Below are positions 8,992 to 18,208 of a DNA stretch of 36,180 nt, piece after piece. The notes under the pieces are model-generated. The model worked only from the letters and a program-made list of their open reading frames with translations, ran no database searches and was not told the DNA's origin. The DNA comes from Candidatus Thorarchaeota archaeon SMTZ1-45 (lineage in GTDB: Archaea; Asgardarchaeota; Thorarchaeia; Thorarchaeales; Thorarchaeaceae): positions 1 to 36,180 of the forward strand of contig LRSL01000093.1 in NCBI GenBank assembly GCA_001563335.1. The letters run 5' to 3'. A program made the translations under genes and the position numbers. Numbering within the stretch: position 1 is the stretch's first letter; every line of letters begins with the position of its first letter.

Positions 8992-10322
8992 TCTTTTTTC
9001 GCTTTCACAGCATACTGTATCGCTTTGACTATACCTGCACCTTCGGAAACCTTCTGCATCAATCCAGCTACAAACCATTCCGTAATATCTATGTCCTCAC
9101 CTTCTGAATCTATAAAATGCACTTGTTCTTGGTCAATGATTCGGTATTTTTCTTTAGTTTCTCTAATGAGGATTATTGCGTCAGTTAGTTGCTTTATCTT
9201 TTTGATAGGATCAGGTTTGATTGATTTCTTAAGATACCTCCATGACTGATTGGAAATCAATAGAATATCAACTTGCGAAAGAATAGGTTTCAGTCGACTA
9301 AGACCCATCTCCCAAAAGGGGACGGAACATCTATAGAAGACAGGGATTTCTTGCGCTCTGGCATTTGCTGCAATTGATGCAGCAACCTCAATGAATACTT
9401 CTCCGATGTAAACAGATTTGGCACTTTCAATTATTTTCCAAGGTACTTGTTCGGGTGATGTTATGGATAGTGAAGTTAAAGGACCAATACCAACAAGCTC
9501 ACGAGAGCCTTTTGAGTCATTAATGATTATGGTTTGATTAGTTTGTTTTTCATTATCAACTATGATATGATGGACATCCACATTTCCCTGGATTAGATGC
9601 GTGATAATGTTCCAACCATCGATATCATTTCCGACTGTGGAAACTATGGCTGTTTCAAATCCGTTGCTTGCCAGTGAGAGGGCCAATTCAACTGTGGGAC
9701 CTCCTGAACGTCTGACAGGAGAAGTGCAACTTGACATCCCCCAAACAAGAGGCATTGATTCACAATTAATCTGAGTGTAGTATGCAGATGCTCCAAAAAC
9801 AACAAAATCAGGGGAAGCATAATTTTTGGATCCATCAAGAATTGCCTTTGCTCGGGTACGTGCAAAGATTTCGAAGAGTGTAGATTCGGGTATATCTTCA
9901 TCGCGATAGAGAGTTGCTAAACGGACAAGGTAGTCCTCAAGCAAGTAAGCTGTCAACTCTTCAATATCTGATGGGAGTCCCTTGAAATAGAATCGTGCCA
10001 AGCCCCACCCATTCTTTGTCAACTCATGGTAGACCACTCTTTTTCCTTGATGAATTGTGGTTCCTGTCTTTATCAAGCCATATTGCCCGAGTGTCTTCAG
10101 ATACGCGAGAATGCTTTTGTTTGAGTGGGATAGATTCTCAATTAGATCACGCTGCAAGACTTGACCGTTTTCATCAAAACTTGAGAGTACGCTTCTTGCC
10201 AATCGAGATGCAAGTACGGATCGAATGAACTCATCTCGACTTTCAATTTCTACGGGTAGGAAGAGGAGATATGGCCAAAGAGGTCCAGATTCGGTAGTGT
10301 CAATCATTCCCAACACCTTCAA
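8988..10322 (-). CDS. wHTH fused to a PfkB/ribokinase-like domain (probably catalytically inactive)
   Basis: N-terminal wHTH (QRDLIENLSHSNKSILAYLKTLGQYGLI...YHELTKNG); PfkB N-motif SGGPTVELALSLASNG...VGNDIDG; C-motif DTTGAGD replaced by DITEWFVAG. Confidence 0.8.
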   Translation of the reverse strand: MKVLGMIDTTESGPLWPYLLFLPVEIESRDEFIRSVLASRLARSVLSSFDENGQVLQRDLIENLSHSNKSILAYLKTLGQYGLIKTGTTIHQGKRVVYHELTKNGWGLARFYFKGLPSDIEELTAYLLEDYLVRLATLYRDEDIPESTLFEIFARTRAKAILDGSKNYASPDFVVFGASAYYTQINCESMPLVWGMSSCTSPVRRSGGPTVELALSLASNGFETAIVSTVGNDIDGWNIITHLIQGNVDVHHIIVDNEKQTNQTIIINDSKGSRELVGIGPLTSLSITSPEQVPWKIIESAKSVYIGEVFIEVAASIAANARAQEIPVFYRCSVPFWEMGLSRLKPILSQVDILLISNQSWRYLKKSIKPDPIKKIKQLTDAIILIRETKEKYRIIDQEQVHFIDSEGEDIDITEWFVAGLMQKVSEGAGIVKAIQYAVKAKKD

Positions 10323-10346
10323 ATAGCGGTTTATTATGCAGAATTA

Positions 10347-11207
10347 GTGTACAATCCTACCTATGTAGTTTACGAAAGTACACTGAATCAGGAGAGAAAA
10401 CGGTTGTCAGGCTTTACTAAATCGATAGCATATCCCTGGGCTCTCGCGGGCATCTTTGGTGCATTCCATTTAGTTCTCACCTTCATCCCATATTCAGTTC
10501 TTGGAATGGGTGGTGGCTTTCTCACATGGGGAATGGTATCAGCACCGATTGTTGGATTCTTACTAGGACCATTCTACGGAACCATAGCTGTTCTAGTAGG
10601 TTCACTAATTGGTACGGGCATATTCAATCTTGGGGGAATACTTGGACCAATCGTACCAATCTTAGCTCCTACAGCAGGAGCATTTGCTGCTGGAGCACTC
10701 AGAACAGGTCGTGTTCGAGAGTTATTTGTTGTATTTCTTATTGCAATCTTAGGTTATATTATAGGACCTATTGGAATTCCAGCTTTTCTATTCATCTGGC
10801 TTCATTTGATCACATTCTTCATTGTAATCATACTTCTACTACCTAAGGTATATGATAAACTGAAGGAATCTGTGACCTTTGAGAAAGGGCGCGATCTGAG
10901 ATTAATGCCATTGGCAATATTCTTGTTTAGTTTTATTGCCCTGTTAACTGATCACATTGTGGGAAATACTGCAACTGTCTACTACTTCTATTATTTTGCC
11001 GGAATGGATGCCTCAACATTAGTCGGTTTCTGGCTTCCGATCACATTTGTTTATCCTATTGAACGATTAGTTGCTGCAATCATTCTAGCTATAGTTGTGA
11101 TTGCGGCAAGTGAAGCCATCGTACAAACTGGTTTCGAACTTCCAGTATCACCATGGGAAAGTAGTAAACCACTCGAACTTTCTCTTGATGAGGTCGAGAA
11201 TGGATGA
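10347..11207 (+). CDS. ECF transporter S-component-like membrane protein
   Basis: Multi-TM; APIVGFLLGPFYGTIAVLVGSLIG, DHIVG and YPIERL motifs; true start possibly the TTG near 10404. Confidence 0.7.
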   Translation: MYNPTYVVYESTLNQERKRLSGFTKSIAYPWALAGIFGAFHLVLTFIPYSVLGMGGGFLTWGMVSAPIVGFLLGPFYGTIAVLVGSLIGTGIFNLGGILGPIVPILAPTAGAFAAGALRTGRVRELFVVFLIAILGYIIGPIGIPAFLFIWLHLITFFIVIILLLPKVYDKLKESVTFEKGRDLRLMPLAIFLFSFIALLTDHIVGNTATVYYFYYFAGMDASTLVGFWLPITFVYPIERLVAAIILAIVVIAASEAIVQTGFELPVSPWESSKPLELSLDEVENG

Positions 11208-11268
11208 TTATGGCAGAGGTAAAAATCTAGCTCGCACGATTGGATTGGAGGAGTTTAGAGCTCAATCA

Positions 11269-11310
11269 GTCGGAGGAAAAACGGGAATTCCTCCGACACC
11301 TTTTCTTTTC
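11269..11310 (+). terminator. Stem-loop plus T-tract, intrinsic-type terminator
   Basis: GTCGGAGGAA (11269-11278) pairs perfectly with TTCCTCCGAC (11288-11297), followed by TTTTCTTTTC. Confidence 0.7.
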
Positions 11311-11431
11311 AATACACCGAGACGAAGCTTCTTAAGAGTTCACACAAAATGTCTAATAGGAACAGGGTCTTCGGACTCTTTTCGACCATTCGTCTACACT
11401 TGTGTAGGTGGAAGGAAGGAGCAAAAAAGAA

Positions 11432-12265
11432 TTGCAGTTCATATTAGATTCATATTTGGTAATGATGCTAGTCATTGTGCTCGCATTTTTCATCCTAATG
11501 TTCGTTGCGAGCGGAATCAAGGTTCTCAAGGAGTGGGAACGTGTTGCCATACTCAGATTGGGTAAGTTCAAACACATTAGAGGCCCAGGTGTAATTTGGG
11601 TCACACCCATTCTTGATAAAGTTGCCATGAAGGTGTCCCTCAGGCTCCTTACTTACGCTTTCAAAACAGAACGATCTCTGACCAAGGATAATGTGCCAGT
11701 GGTTGTTGATGCTGTAATGTATTTCCGTGTCATTGATGTTGAGAAAGCAATACTCAGTGTTGAGAGATATACAGTTGCTGTCGAGCTGGCAGCCCAGACA
11801 ACTCTGAGAGAAACAACAGGTAAGGTAACTCTTGACCAACTACTCTCTGAAAGAGATGAGATTGCTGGACATCTACAGGAACTAATTGATGAGAAGACTG
11901 AGCATTGGGGTGTAAAAGTGACCAGTGTTGAGATTCGTGATGTCGTGATTCCATCAGCACTCCAAGACGCCATGAGTCGAGAAGCTCAAGCGGAGAGGGA
12001 GCGTCGAGCCAGAATTACTTTAGCTACAGCTGAGCTTGAGGCTTCTGAGAATATGCTGAAGGCAGCTCGTATCTATGAGGAATCGTCTGTTGGATTCATG
12101 CTTCGGCAATGGAACATCATGCAAGAAATTTCAAAGAATGCCAACCTGATCATTATGATTCCTACTAACCTCCCAGAGGTGGGTATGGCTGCTGGAACAG
12201 CTGTAGCACTATCAGCTGGAACTGGAGGATTAAGAGTACCGAAAGACAAAGGGACTGATGAATAG
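11432..12265 (+). CDS. SPFH/stomatin (slipin) family protein
   Basis: EWERVAILRLG, GPGVIWVTPILD, LTKDNVPVVVDAVMYFRV, AQTTLR, WGVKVTSVEIRDV, AQAERERRA; TTG 11432 after AGGAG (track start 11408). Confidence 0.95.
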   Translation: MQFILDSYLVMMLVIVLAFFILMFVASGIKVLKEWERVAILRLGKFKHIRGPGVIWVTPILDKVAMKVSLRLLTYAFKTERSLTKDNVPVVVDAVMYFRVIDVEKAILSVERYTVAVELAAQTTLRETTGKVTLDQLLSERDEIAGHLQELIDEKTEHWGVKVTSVEIRDVVIPSALQDAMSREAQAERERRARITLATAELEASENMLKAARIYEESSVGFMLRQWNIMQEISKNANLIIMIPTNLPEVGMAAGTAVALSAGTGGLRVPKDKGTDE

Positions 12266-12296
12266 TTTCTTTGACCTGTGAGTAGGAGGAAACAAG

Positions 12297-12989
12297 ATGG
12301 ATGCATGGATAAAGATTCTTGTGGTCATGATCATGTTTTCAGCTATTGGCATGGTCATGCCTTTCTTAGCAGTCAATCCATTTGTTGGTCTGATACTTCT
12401 AGGTGTAATCCTTACTTTGCTTGTGCTCACTCTTGAGCCTGCGACAGGAAAAGCGATGGCACAGGTTACTGTACCACTTGTGATAATTCTGTTTGTCTTT
12501 CAGGTGTGGATTTCGGATTTCGCCTTTCAGGATTGGATGCTTCTGGTTGTGTTTGCTGTGATGTATCTAATGTTCACCATGTTCACTGGAGGCAGCAGTT
12601 TTGTAGAAGGCGGGTTCATTGATGCCAAGGTTTCACTGAAGCTTTTCCCACTCTATGGTGTAGCAATATTCCTTTCAGTGCTAATTGATGAAACAAGACA
12701 GCTCACTGTCTACATCATGGCAGGTACAGTCTTCTGCTTGATGACTCTATATTTCGCATTCCTTAGGGACTACGATAAATGGCCTACCTATTCTCAATTC
12801 AAATATGCTGACATACATGCAGTTACTGATCTTAATCCGAAGGGGAAGGTAAAAACAGGAGCAGAGATCTGGTGGGCAAGAACATCTGGTCCACCAATCA
12901 AAGCGGGCGAAAAAGTTGTCATAGATCATATCACTGGCATAACAATGCACGTAAAAAGACCTGATGACATCTCAAGTTTAGACCAATAG
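12297..12989 (+). CDS. NfeD-family membrane protein (stomatin operon partner)
   Basis: N-terminal TM helices, C-terminal OB-fold TDLNPKGKVKTGAEIWWART...IKAGEKVVIDHITGITMHV; directly downstream of stomatin. Confidence 0.85.
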   Translation: MDAWIKILVVMIMFSAIGMVMPFLAVNPFVGLILLGVILTLLVLTLEPATGKAMAQVTVPLVIILFVFQVWISDFAFQDWMLLVVFAVMYLMFTMFTGGSSFVEGGFIDAKVSLKLFPLYGVAIFLSVLIDETRQLTVYIMAGTVFCLMTLYFAFLRDYDKWPTYSQFKYADIHAVTDLNPKGKVKTGAEIWWARTSGPPIKAGEKVVIDHITGITMHVKRPDDISSLDQ

Positions 12990-12999
12990 AATTTAGGCT

Positions 13000-13035
13000 A
13001 TAGGAAGGGGATGCAGCCATTCATTCCTTTCCTAT
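13000..13035. terminator. Hairpin between convergent genes
   Basis: ATAGGAAGGGGATG pairs with CATTCCTTTCCTAT (two G-U pairs) between the nfeD and CPBP stop codons. Confidence 0.5.
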
Positions 13036-13844
13036 TCTCTATTTTCCTCAGTAGCTAGAAAGCTCCAAAGAATGAAAAGACCAAATAGAAATCCAATGAT
13101 AGTTGTAACACCCCATTCGATTTGGTAGATTTCAGGTTGTACCACTGCTTCCCGTGGGAACGTAGGAAACATAATGTAAGCAAGCATATTCCACATGAAA
13201 TGAAAGGCGATTGGAACCCATAGCCTTCGACCTGACCAATAGTAGCTGAATGATAGTATTACTCCACCTAGGAATATATTGAATGTAAATAAGACAGCTA
13301 GATGTATTGGAATTCCTGGACGAGCCCACCAGCTAAAGTGGAGTAATGAAAAGAAGATTGAGCTAAGAAAGATTGCTACTCGCTGTCCAACAAGATTCTC
13401 CATTCTTGTTAAAATGTAACCACGGTGTGTTAACTCCTCAAAGAACGCTGTTGGTGCCGTAATGATGATTTCATTTACAATTAAGTCAAATGTGATTTGG
13501 TCGATTGGTCGTAGTTGGCCACCCAAAAAGAATGCAATGGCAACAACTAAAATCGCGCCAAGAGTTCCTGCAATTGCTCCAATGATAATGTGACGACCAA
13601 ACTTATTATCCACATCAAGACCAAGCTCAGAAACTGAATCGCCGCCATCCCACCGAACAAATACCCATGTGACTGCATACATGAAGATGAAAGTCAAGAA
13701 GAATACCAGTGTTGCGGCTAAAGCAAATAGATTTTCATTATCTGCAAAAAGGACAGCAACTACGGGGGACATAAGGACAATCAAAAACATTGCTAACATG
13801 AATAGAAGTAATCGAAGCCATGGTGTTTGTTCGTAATTGGTCAT
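13032..13844 (-). CDS. CPBP/Abi (CAAX type II) intramembrane glutamic endopeptidase
   Basis: EELTHRG, SSIFFSLLH, LWVPIAFHFMWN motifs. Confidence 0.93.
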   Translation of the reverse strand: MTNYEQTPWLRLLLFMLAMFLIVLMSPVVAVLFADNENLFALAATLVFFLTFIFMYAVTWVFVRWDGGDSVSELGLDVDNKFGRHIIIGAIAGTLGAILVVAIAFFLGGQLRPIDQITFDLIVNEIIITAPTAFFEELTHRGYILTRMENLVGQRVAIFLSSIFFSLLHFSWWARPGIPIHLAVLFTFNIFLGGVILSFSYYWSGRRLWVPIAFHFMWNMLAYIMFPTFPREAVVQPEIYQIEWGVTTIIGFLFGLFILWSFLATEENRE

Positions 13845-14039
13845 CTTTGATGCCTATCTCTAATAATGTGTTCATACCTAAATCTACTCCGGTGGTTAGT
13901 CCATCAGAGAATAGTGTATATGTAGTGCTAACTGATATAAGTAGGCAGCAGTATTCGCGCACCTAAGGCTATTAAGATAGTGAGCTACAAACCAATACAG
14001 AAAAAATGACAAAGCTGAGTGCATCACGGAGGATTACTC

Positions 14040-15188
14040 TTGGCAAAGACAAGGAGTCTTTTGTTGGAATTCGAAACAGATGAAGTTGGGCGACTTGCTA
14101 GAGAGAATAAAGTAGAGCGGAGCGCCTTGATCAAAGCATTTACAGACCCCTCAGATATTGTTAGAGAGAGAGCATTAATAGCCGCAGTTGATATGGCTGA
14201 TCCAACTGTTGTTATAGATGTGGCAAAAGCTTTGGCAGACGAAGTTTCTGATGTACGTATTGCTGCAGCTCAAGCATTAGCGTTCTATCATCAACCAAGA
14301 ACCATCCCTGATTTAATTAAAGGTCTCAAAGATGATAATACATGGGTTCGATCACATTGTGCAGCAGGACTCTCAAAGTTACTAAATGGACCAATTTGGG
14401 CACGTGTTTCTGAAAATGATGTTGAAAAACTCGTTGAAGATTTCCCCGATATGGAAGAAGAGGAGATAAACAGGTTCCTTACAAGCCTCAAAATGAAACC
14501 ATTTGCAGTCGATCGTTATATGAACTGGCGCAGTCAAGGATTTGATATTGAGATTGATATATCATCTCTAACAGAGGAGTTAGAAGGGGCACCAATTCTA
14601 TTATCAGAGGAGGCAGCTGCAACCATTGATGCCCCTAGAATAGGTGGAGTTTCAGAGGAAGTTGAAGAGATACTTAGTGAGTTGCCTGATGAAATACAAG
14701 AGTCCCTACCTCCTGAAGACCTAAAACGTTTGACTCCAACATCTGCTAGAGAGCTAGTACAGAAACTCAAGGTTTCAATGCCGTCTGAAAAACCAAAGAA
14801 GAAGAAAGCTGTCAAAGTACGAAAGGTCAAGAAGGTTCGAAAGAAGAAGAAACTTACTGCTCAAGAAGAGCTTATTGAGCGACTTCCTATAGAAGTGCGG
14901 AAAGAGGTTGGTGATGAAACACTTGCAGCTCTTAGCGTCGATGAACTCGAAGCTCTTCTTTCATCCACTTCAGAGATCGAGATTGAAGAGGAACAGGTCG
15001 AAACAGAACTAATCGAAGAAGTAGATCCAAGAATGGACACATTTATCGAAAAGTATGGAAAAGAAAAGGCTCAACTCTTAATCAGCATTCCTGATGTTAT
15101 GCTTGAGGGTATACCTGAAGAGCAAATTGCAGAGATGGACCTTGAAACGCTCAAGGGACTGACTCAAGCACTGGAACCTCGAGAATAG
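14040..15188 (+). CDS. HEAT-repeat protein with three C-terminal helical repeats and a Lys-rich patch
   Basis: PBS-HEAT repeats (FTDPSDIVRERA, LADEVSDVRIAAAQAL, LKDDNTWVRSHCAAGL); repeats ELPDEIQESL / RLPIEVRKEV / SIPDVMLEGI; TTG 14040 after GGAGG. Confidence 0.85.
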   Translation: MAKTRSLLLEFETDEVGRLARENKVERSALIKAFTDPSDIVRERALIAAVDMADPTVVIDVAKALADEVSDVRIAAAQALAFYHQPRTIPDLIKGLKDDNTWVRSHCAAGLSKLLNGPIWARVSENDVEKLVEDFPDMEEEEINRFLTSLKMKPFAVDRYMNWRSQGFDIEIDISSLTEELEGAPILLSEEAAATIDAPRIGGVSEEVEEILSELPDEIQESLPPEDLKRLTPTSARELVQKLKVSMPSEKPKKKKAVKVRKVKKVRKKKKLTAQEELIERLPIEVRKEVGDETLAALSVDELEALLSSTSEIEIEEEQVETELIEEVDPRMDTFIEKYGKEKAQLLISIPDVMLEGIPEEQIAEMDLETLKGLTQALEPRE

Positions 15189-15193
15189 TGTAT

Positions 15194-16465
15194 TCACTCA
15201 GATCCTCGTATTACAACAGCAAATTCTCCTGCTAATTTACCATACCACTCAAGTAGGTCTCGCATATTATCAACGTGGCGATAGCTTCCATTGCCATACT
15301 GAGCAATTGCTAGCATCAATTCTTCATCTATTTCACTACGTTCTCCGAGACCAATTGAATAGATCACAAGTTTGCTACGGTCAGTAAAGCGTTCCTTTAA
15401 AACTTTGAGCGGAGGAGGACCAGAAGTTGTCATCCCATCAGTCAGCATAATGAGCATGGTTGGTTTATCAGGATCGCCAAATTCCTCCATAATCTCATGA
15501 GCTTTTGCCAAAGCAGTGCCCATGTCCGTAAGTGTACCTCCCTCCTCCACCTTATCCACAACATGTGTGCTGATTATCTGGAGACCGAGTGCTTTTTCTC
15601 TGCCAGTACATTCTACAAAAGGTTGTACCTCTCCAGTGTCCGAGTTAAGAAATGTCATCTCAACGACTTCTTTTTCAAATGTAATCACACCCACCTTCTC
15701 ACCGTAACCACGACCAACTTTTTCAGCTAGATAGAGGAGAACAGCCATTGCAGCAGCTTCAGCGCGGCTCACATTCTTACCTTCCTCAAATCTGTTGAGA
15801 AAAGCTTGTACTTCAGGACTATCCCCTGCAAGGTCCTTCAATCCTTCACGTGCATGGGCAATATCTTGAACAGGAACATCAGTGGTTTTCATCGATCCAC
15901 TTGTATCAATGCAAAGTACTGCATTGAAGGGAGTCGCAATTCCAACAGTCTTAAACTGGTATCCAGTCCGTTCACGAAGCGCTTCGAAAGCTAGTTTGGC
16001 AAAGTTCTTTCCAGCAAGTTCAGGTTTAGTGTTGATGATTTCAACTTTCACATCAAGCTCAGGCCAAATGAAGGACATACCAGGATAGACAAGTCGCCCT
16101 CCGATGATATTTTCTAAAGCTTTTACTCGCTCTGCAGCTCTGGTGACAAGATCCTCAGTGTTCGCGTCTTCAGTTAGAGGTTTGAGACCGAATTCAACAT
16201 ATTCTAATGCGAGCATATCATCATCATATAGAGTGACTTCAACTTGATCACCCTCCATCAATAGCGAGGCTTCCAAAACAAGTGTGTCAATAATTATGCA
16301 ATCCTCTGTTGCATCAGAACTAAGTCTAATCTCAGCCGCACCCCAGAAACTACTTTGAGGATCTTCAAATATCAGAATAGAACCGATATCAGCATCCAGT
16401 TTCTTTGCTATTTTAGGATGGACATTGGCAAAACCCCTTAGGTCTCCACCGTCAATTATCTCCAA
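15194..16465 (-). CDS. Cdc48-N-like domain plus vWA domain with intact MIDAS
   Basis: N-terminus DLRGFANVHPKIAKKLDADIGSILIFE...IIIDTLVLEASLLMEGDQVEV...GGRLVYPG...VEIINTKP parallels the Cdc48 N domain; vWA CIDTSGSM, TDMGTAL, LTDG, SIGLG; no AAA ATPase domain. Confidence 0.85.
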   Translation of the reverse strand: MEIIDGGDLRGFANVHPKIAKKLDADIGSILIFEDPQSSFWGAAEIRLSSDATEDCIIIDTLVLEASLLMEGDQVEVTLYDDDMLALEYVEFGLKPLTEDANTEDLVTRAAERVKALENIIGGRLVYPGMSFIWPELDVKVEIINTKPELAGKNFAKLAFEALRERTGYQFKTVGIATPFNAVLCIDTSGSMKTTDVPVQDIAHAREGLKDLAGDSPEVQAFLNRFEEGKNVSRAEAAAMAVLLYLAEKVGRGYGEKVGVITFEKEVVEMTFLNSDTGEVQPFVECTGREKALGLQIISTHVVDKVEEGGTLTDMGTALAKAHEIMEEFGDPDKPTMLIMLTDGMTTSGPPPLKVLKERFTDRSKLVIYSIGLGERSEIDEELMLAIAQYGNGSYRHVDNMRDLLEWYGKLAGEFAVVIRGSE

Positions 16466-16553
16466 GGCAAGTTTCTTGGTGATGGCTTTAGCCTCCTCTT
16501 GTCCTTTAAGAAATCAATCCAATTTAGATGTTATAAAGAATTGTGAGTCAGCG

Positions 16554-18062
16554 TTATTTGAGATACTCGAAGATCTCAGACTGAATTTCCTTCGATGATT
16601 GAAGCATCCGAGAATGATCTGAAATAGAACTCATTAAGACTTGACTCAGTTTCTGAGATGAGTTTTCTAAGGTGTCCAAGCGCAACATGCCTTGTGTACC
16701 TAGCATAGTGCAACTAAGGTTGTCATCGAAACGCCGTCGAATCCATATATGAATCTCCTTGCCCATTTTCTTTGATTTCAGTGCAAGTACATAAGAGTCC
16801 ATTTCAATGCCATTGAATGCTCCTTCTTTGAGGCATTTGAGTTCTGGCCAGGTGCCAATTGGAGGTATCATGAAATCAAGAGAGCTTAAGTCCCATTCTC
16901 CCTTGGCGATGAGCTTGACGAGTGAGTCTTCAACCTCACGTTGAAGAGTAAAAGACTTATCTTTGCAGACAAACTCAGCAGGAGATCCTGAGTACCCGTT
17001 TGAGGTTCTAAAGGGATTGCGAACAATTGAAAGTGCATTACCTCCAAGAATTCTCTGAACATCAGATAATGTTCCGGGGAAGTTTCTAGAAAGTAGATAG
17101 AGGATGATATCTATAGCTTGAACGGAGAGAAAACTAAAATCAGTACCAAAGAGGATTTTCCCAGACCATTCCTGATTTGAAACACTAAGTCGCTCGCTTG
17201 CAGACTCAAAAAGTACAGGAACATCCCGATCATGAAGAGTTGAAGTTTCAGCAAATATGGCAGGATCTTTCAAAGCTTCATAAAGTCGAGAATCCCCAGG
17301 AGCCATTCCACAGTGGGCAAGGATAATTCGTAATCCATTCATTGCAGCTCCACAATTGGGATCATTACGCATCGAATCTACAAGCCGTTTTATCCTAACT
17401 ACTGTCTTCATATTTCGAGTGTCAAATATCATGGGTATTCCAAGCTCTCCGGCACGCTTTACAACCATACGTGGTTCATTTTTTTCAATTGAATCTACAA
17501 ACAGTTGAGCTAATGGATGTAACTTAAGACCTCGAAGTCCTAAAGACAACACAGCACGTTCGAGTTCTCCTACTGCGATTGGATTGCCATTATGTGTACC
17601 ATCTAATGGATTAACACGAGCGAAACCAATCAATCGAGATGAATGAGGAGCTCTACTCGTCCAAGAAGCAATCTTTTCGTTGGATACCTTGAATGATGGT
17701 TCACCTTTCGAAGATGGAGATGAATAGTCATCAGTATAAGGGAAAACAATTGTGCGATCCACAAGCCAACCATGGTTTAGTCGTGCCCAACTGGTTTTGC
17801 TTTGGAAGAACTTGTTTGCCAATTCAGGTCCTTCAACACCAATTGGTTCAAACAATAGATTTTCTTCATCCATTAGAACTTGGGTCTTCTTTTGAATCTC
17901 AAGCCAGAGCTGTGCATAGAAATCATATGCACCTGCCGGTGTATTTTGGTGTCCTTTCTCACGCCCCATATGATGATGAGCATCTACGATATAAATACGG
18001 AATTCTTCATCTTTCTTAATTCCGCGAGATGGTTGGTCTTCAACAGCTCGAACAACGAGCAT
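16554..18062 (-). CDS. Amidohydrolase_2-family TIM-barrel metallohydrolase with C-terminal extension
   Basis: VDAHHHMG, RLIGFARVNP, GLRGLKLHP, IILAHCG, KILFGTDF, ILGGNA. Confidence 0.9.
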   Translation of the reverse strand: MLVVRAVEDQPSRGIKKDEEFRIYIVDAHHHMGREKGHQNTPAGAYDFYAQLWLEIQKKTQVLMDEENLLFEPIGVEGPELANKFFQSKTSWARLNHGWLVDRTIVFPYTDDYSSPSSKGEPSFKVSNEKIASWTSRAPHSSRLIGFARVNPLDGTHNGNPIAVGELERAVLSLGLRGLKLHPLAQLFVDSIEKNEPRMVVKRAGELGIPMIFDTRNMKTVVRIKRLVDSMRNDPNCGAAMNGLRIILAHCGMAPGDSRLYEALKDPAIFAETSTLHDRDVPVLFESASERLSVSNQEWSGKILFGTDFSFLSVQAIDIILYLLSRNFPGTLSDVQRILGGNALSIVRNPFRTSNGYSGSPAEFVCKDKSFTLQREVEDSLVKLIAKGEWDLSSLDFMIPPIGTWPELKCLKEGAFNGIEMDSYVLALKSKKMGKEIHIWIRRRFDDNLSCTMLGTQGMLRLDTLENSSQKLSQVLMSSISDHSRMLQSSKEIQSEIFEYLK

Positions 18063-18208
18063 GGCTATTCAGGTCCTCCAACTGTCGATACCCCCGCACA
18101 AGTGATAAATTCTTGCTTCAGTCTTATTGATTAGTTCAATAGAAGTCGACATTATGCATATATCGACTTCCGTGGAGATTTTGATAGGTAAAACTGGAGA
18201 CGCATGGA

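Noticed and set aside
11101-11565. 154-aa plus-strand ORF bridging the ECF and stomatin genes
   Set aside because: Overlaps two real genes out of frame, runs through a terminator hairpin, and has no recognisable motif.
14788-14852. Nuclear localisation signal in the HEAT protein
   Set aside because: A prokaryotic context gives no basis for that function; reported only as a polybasic patch.
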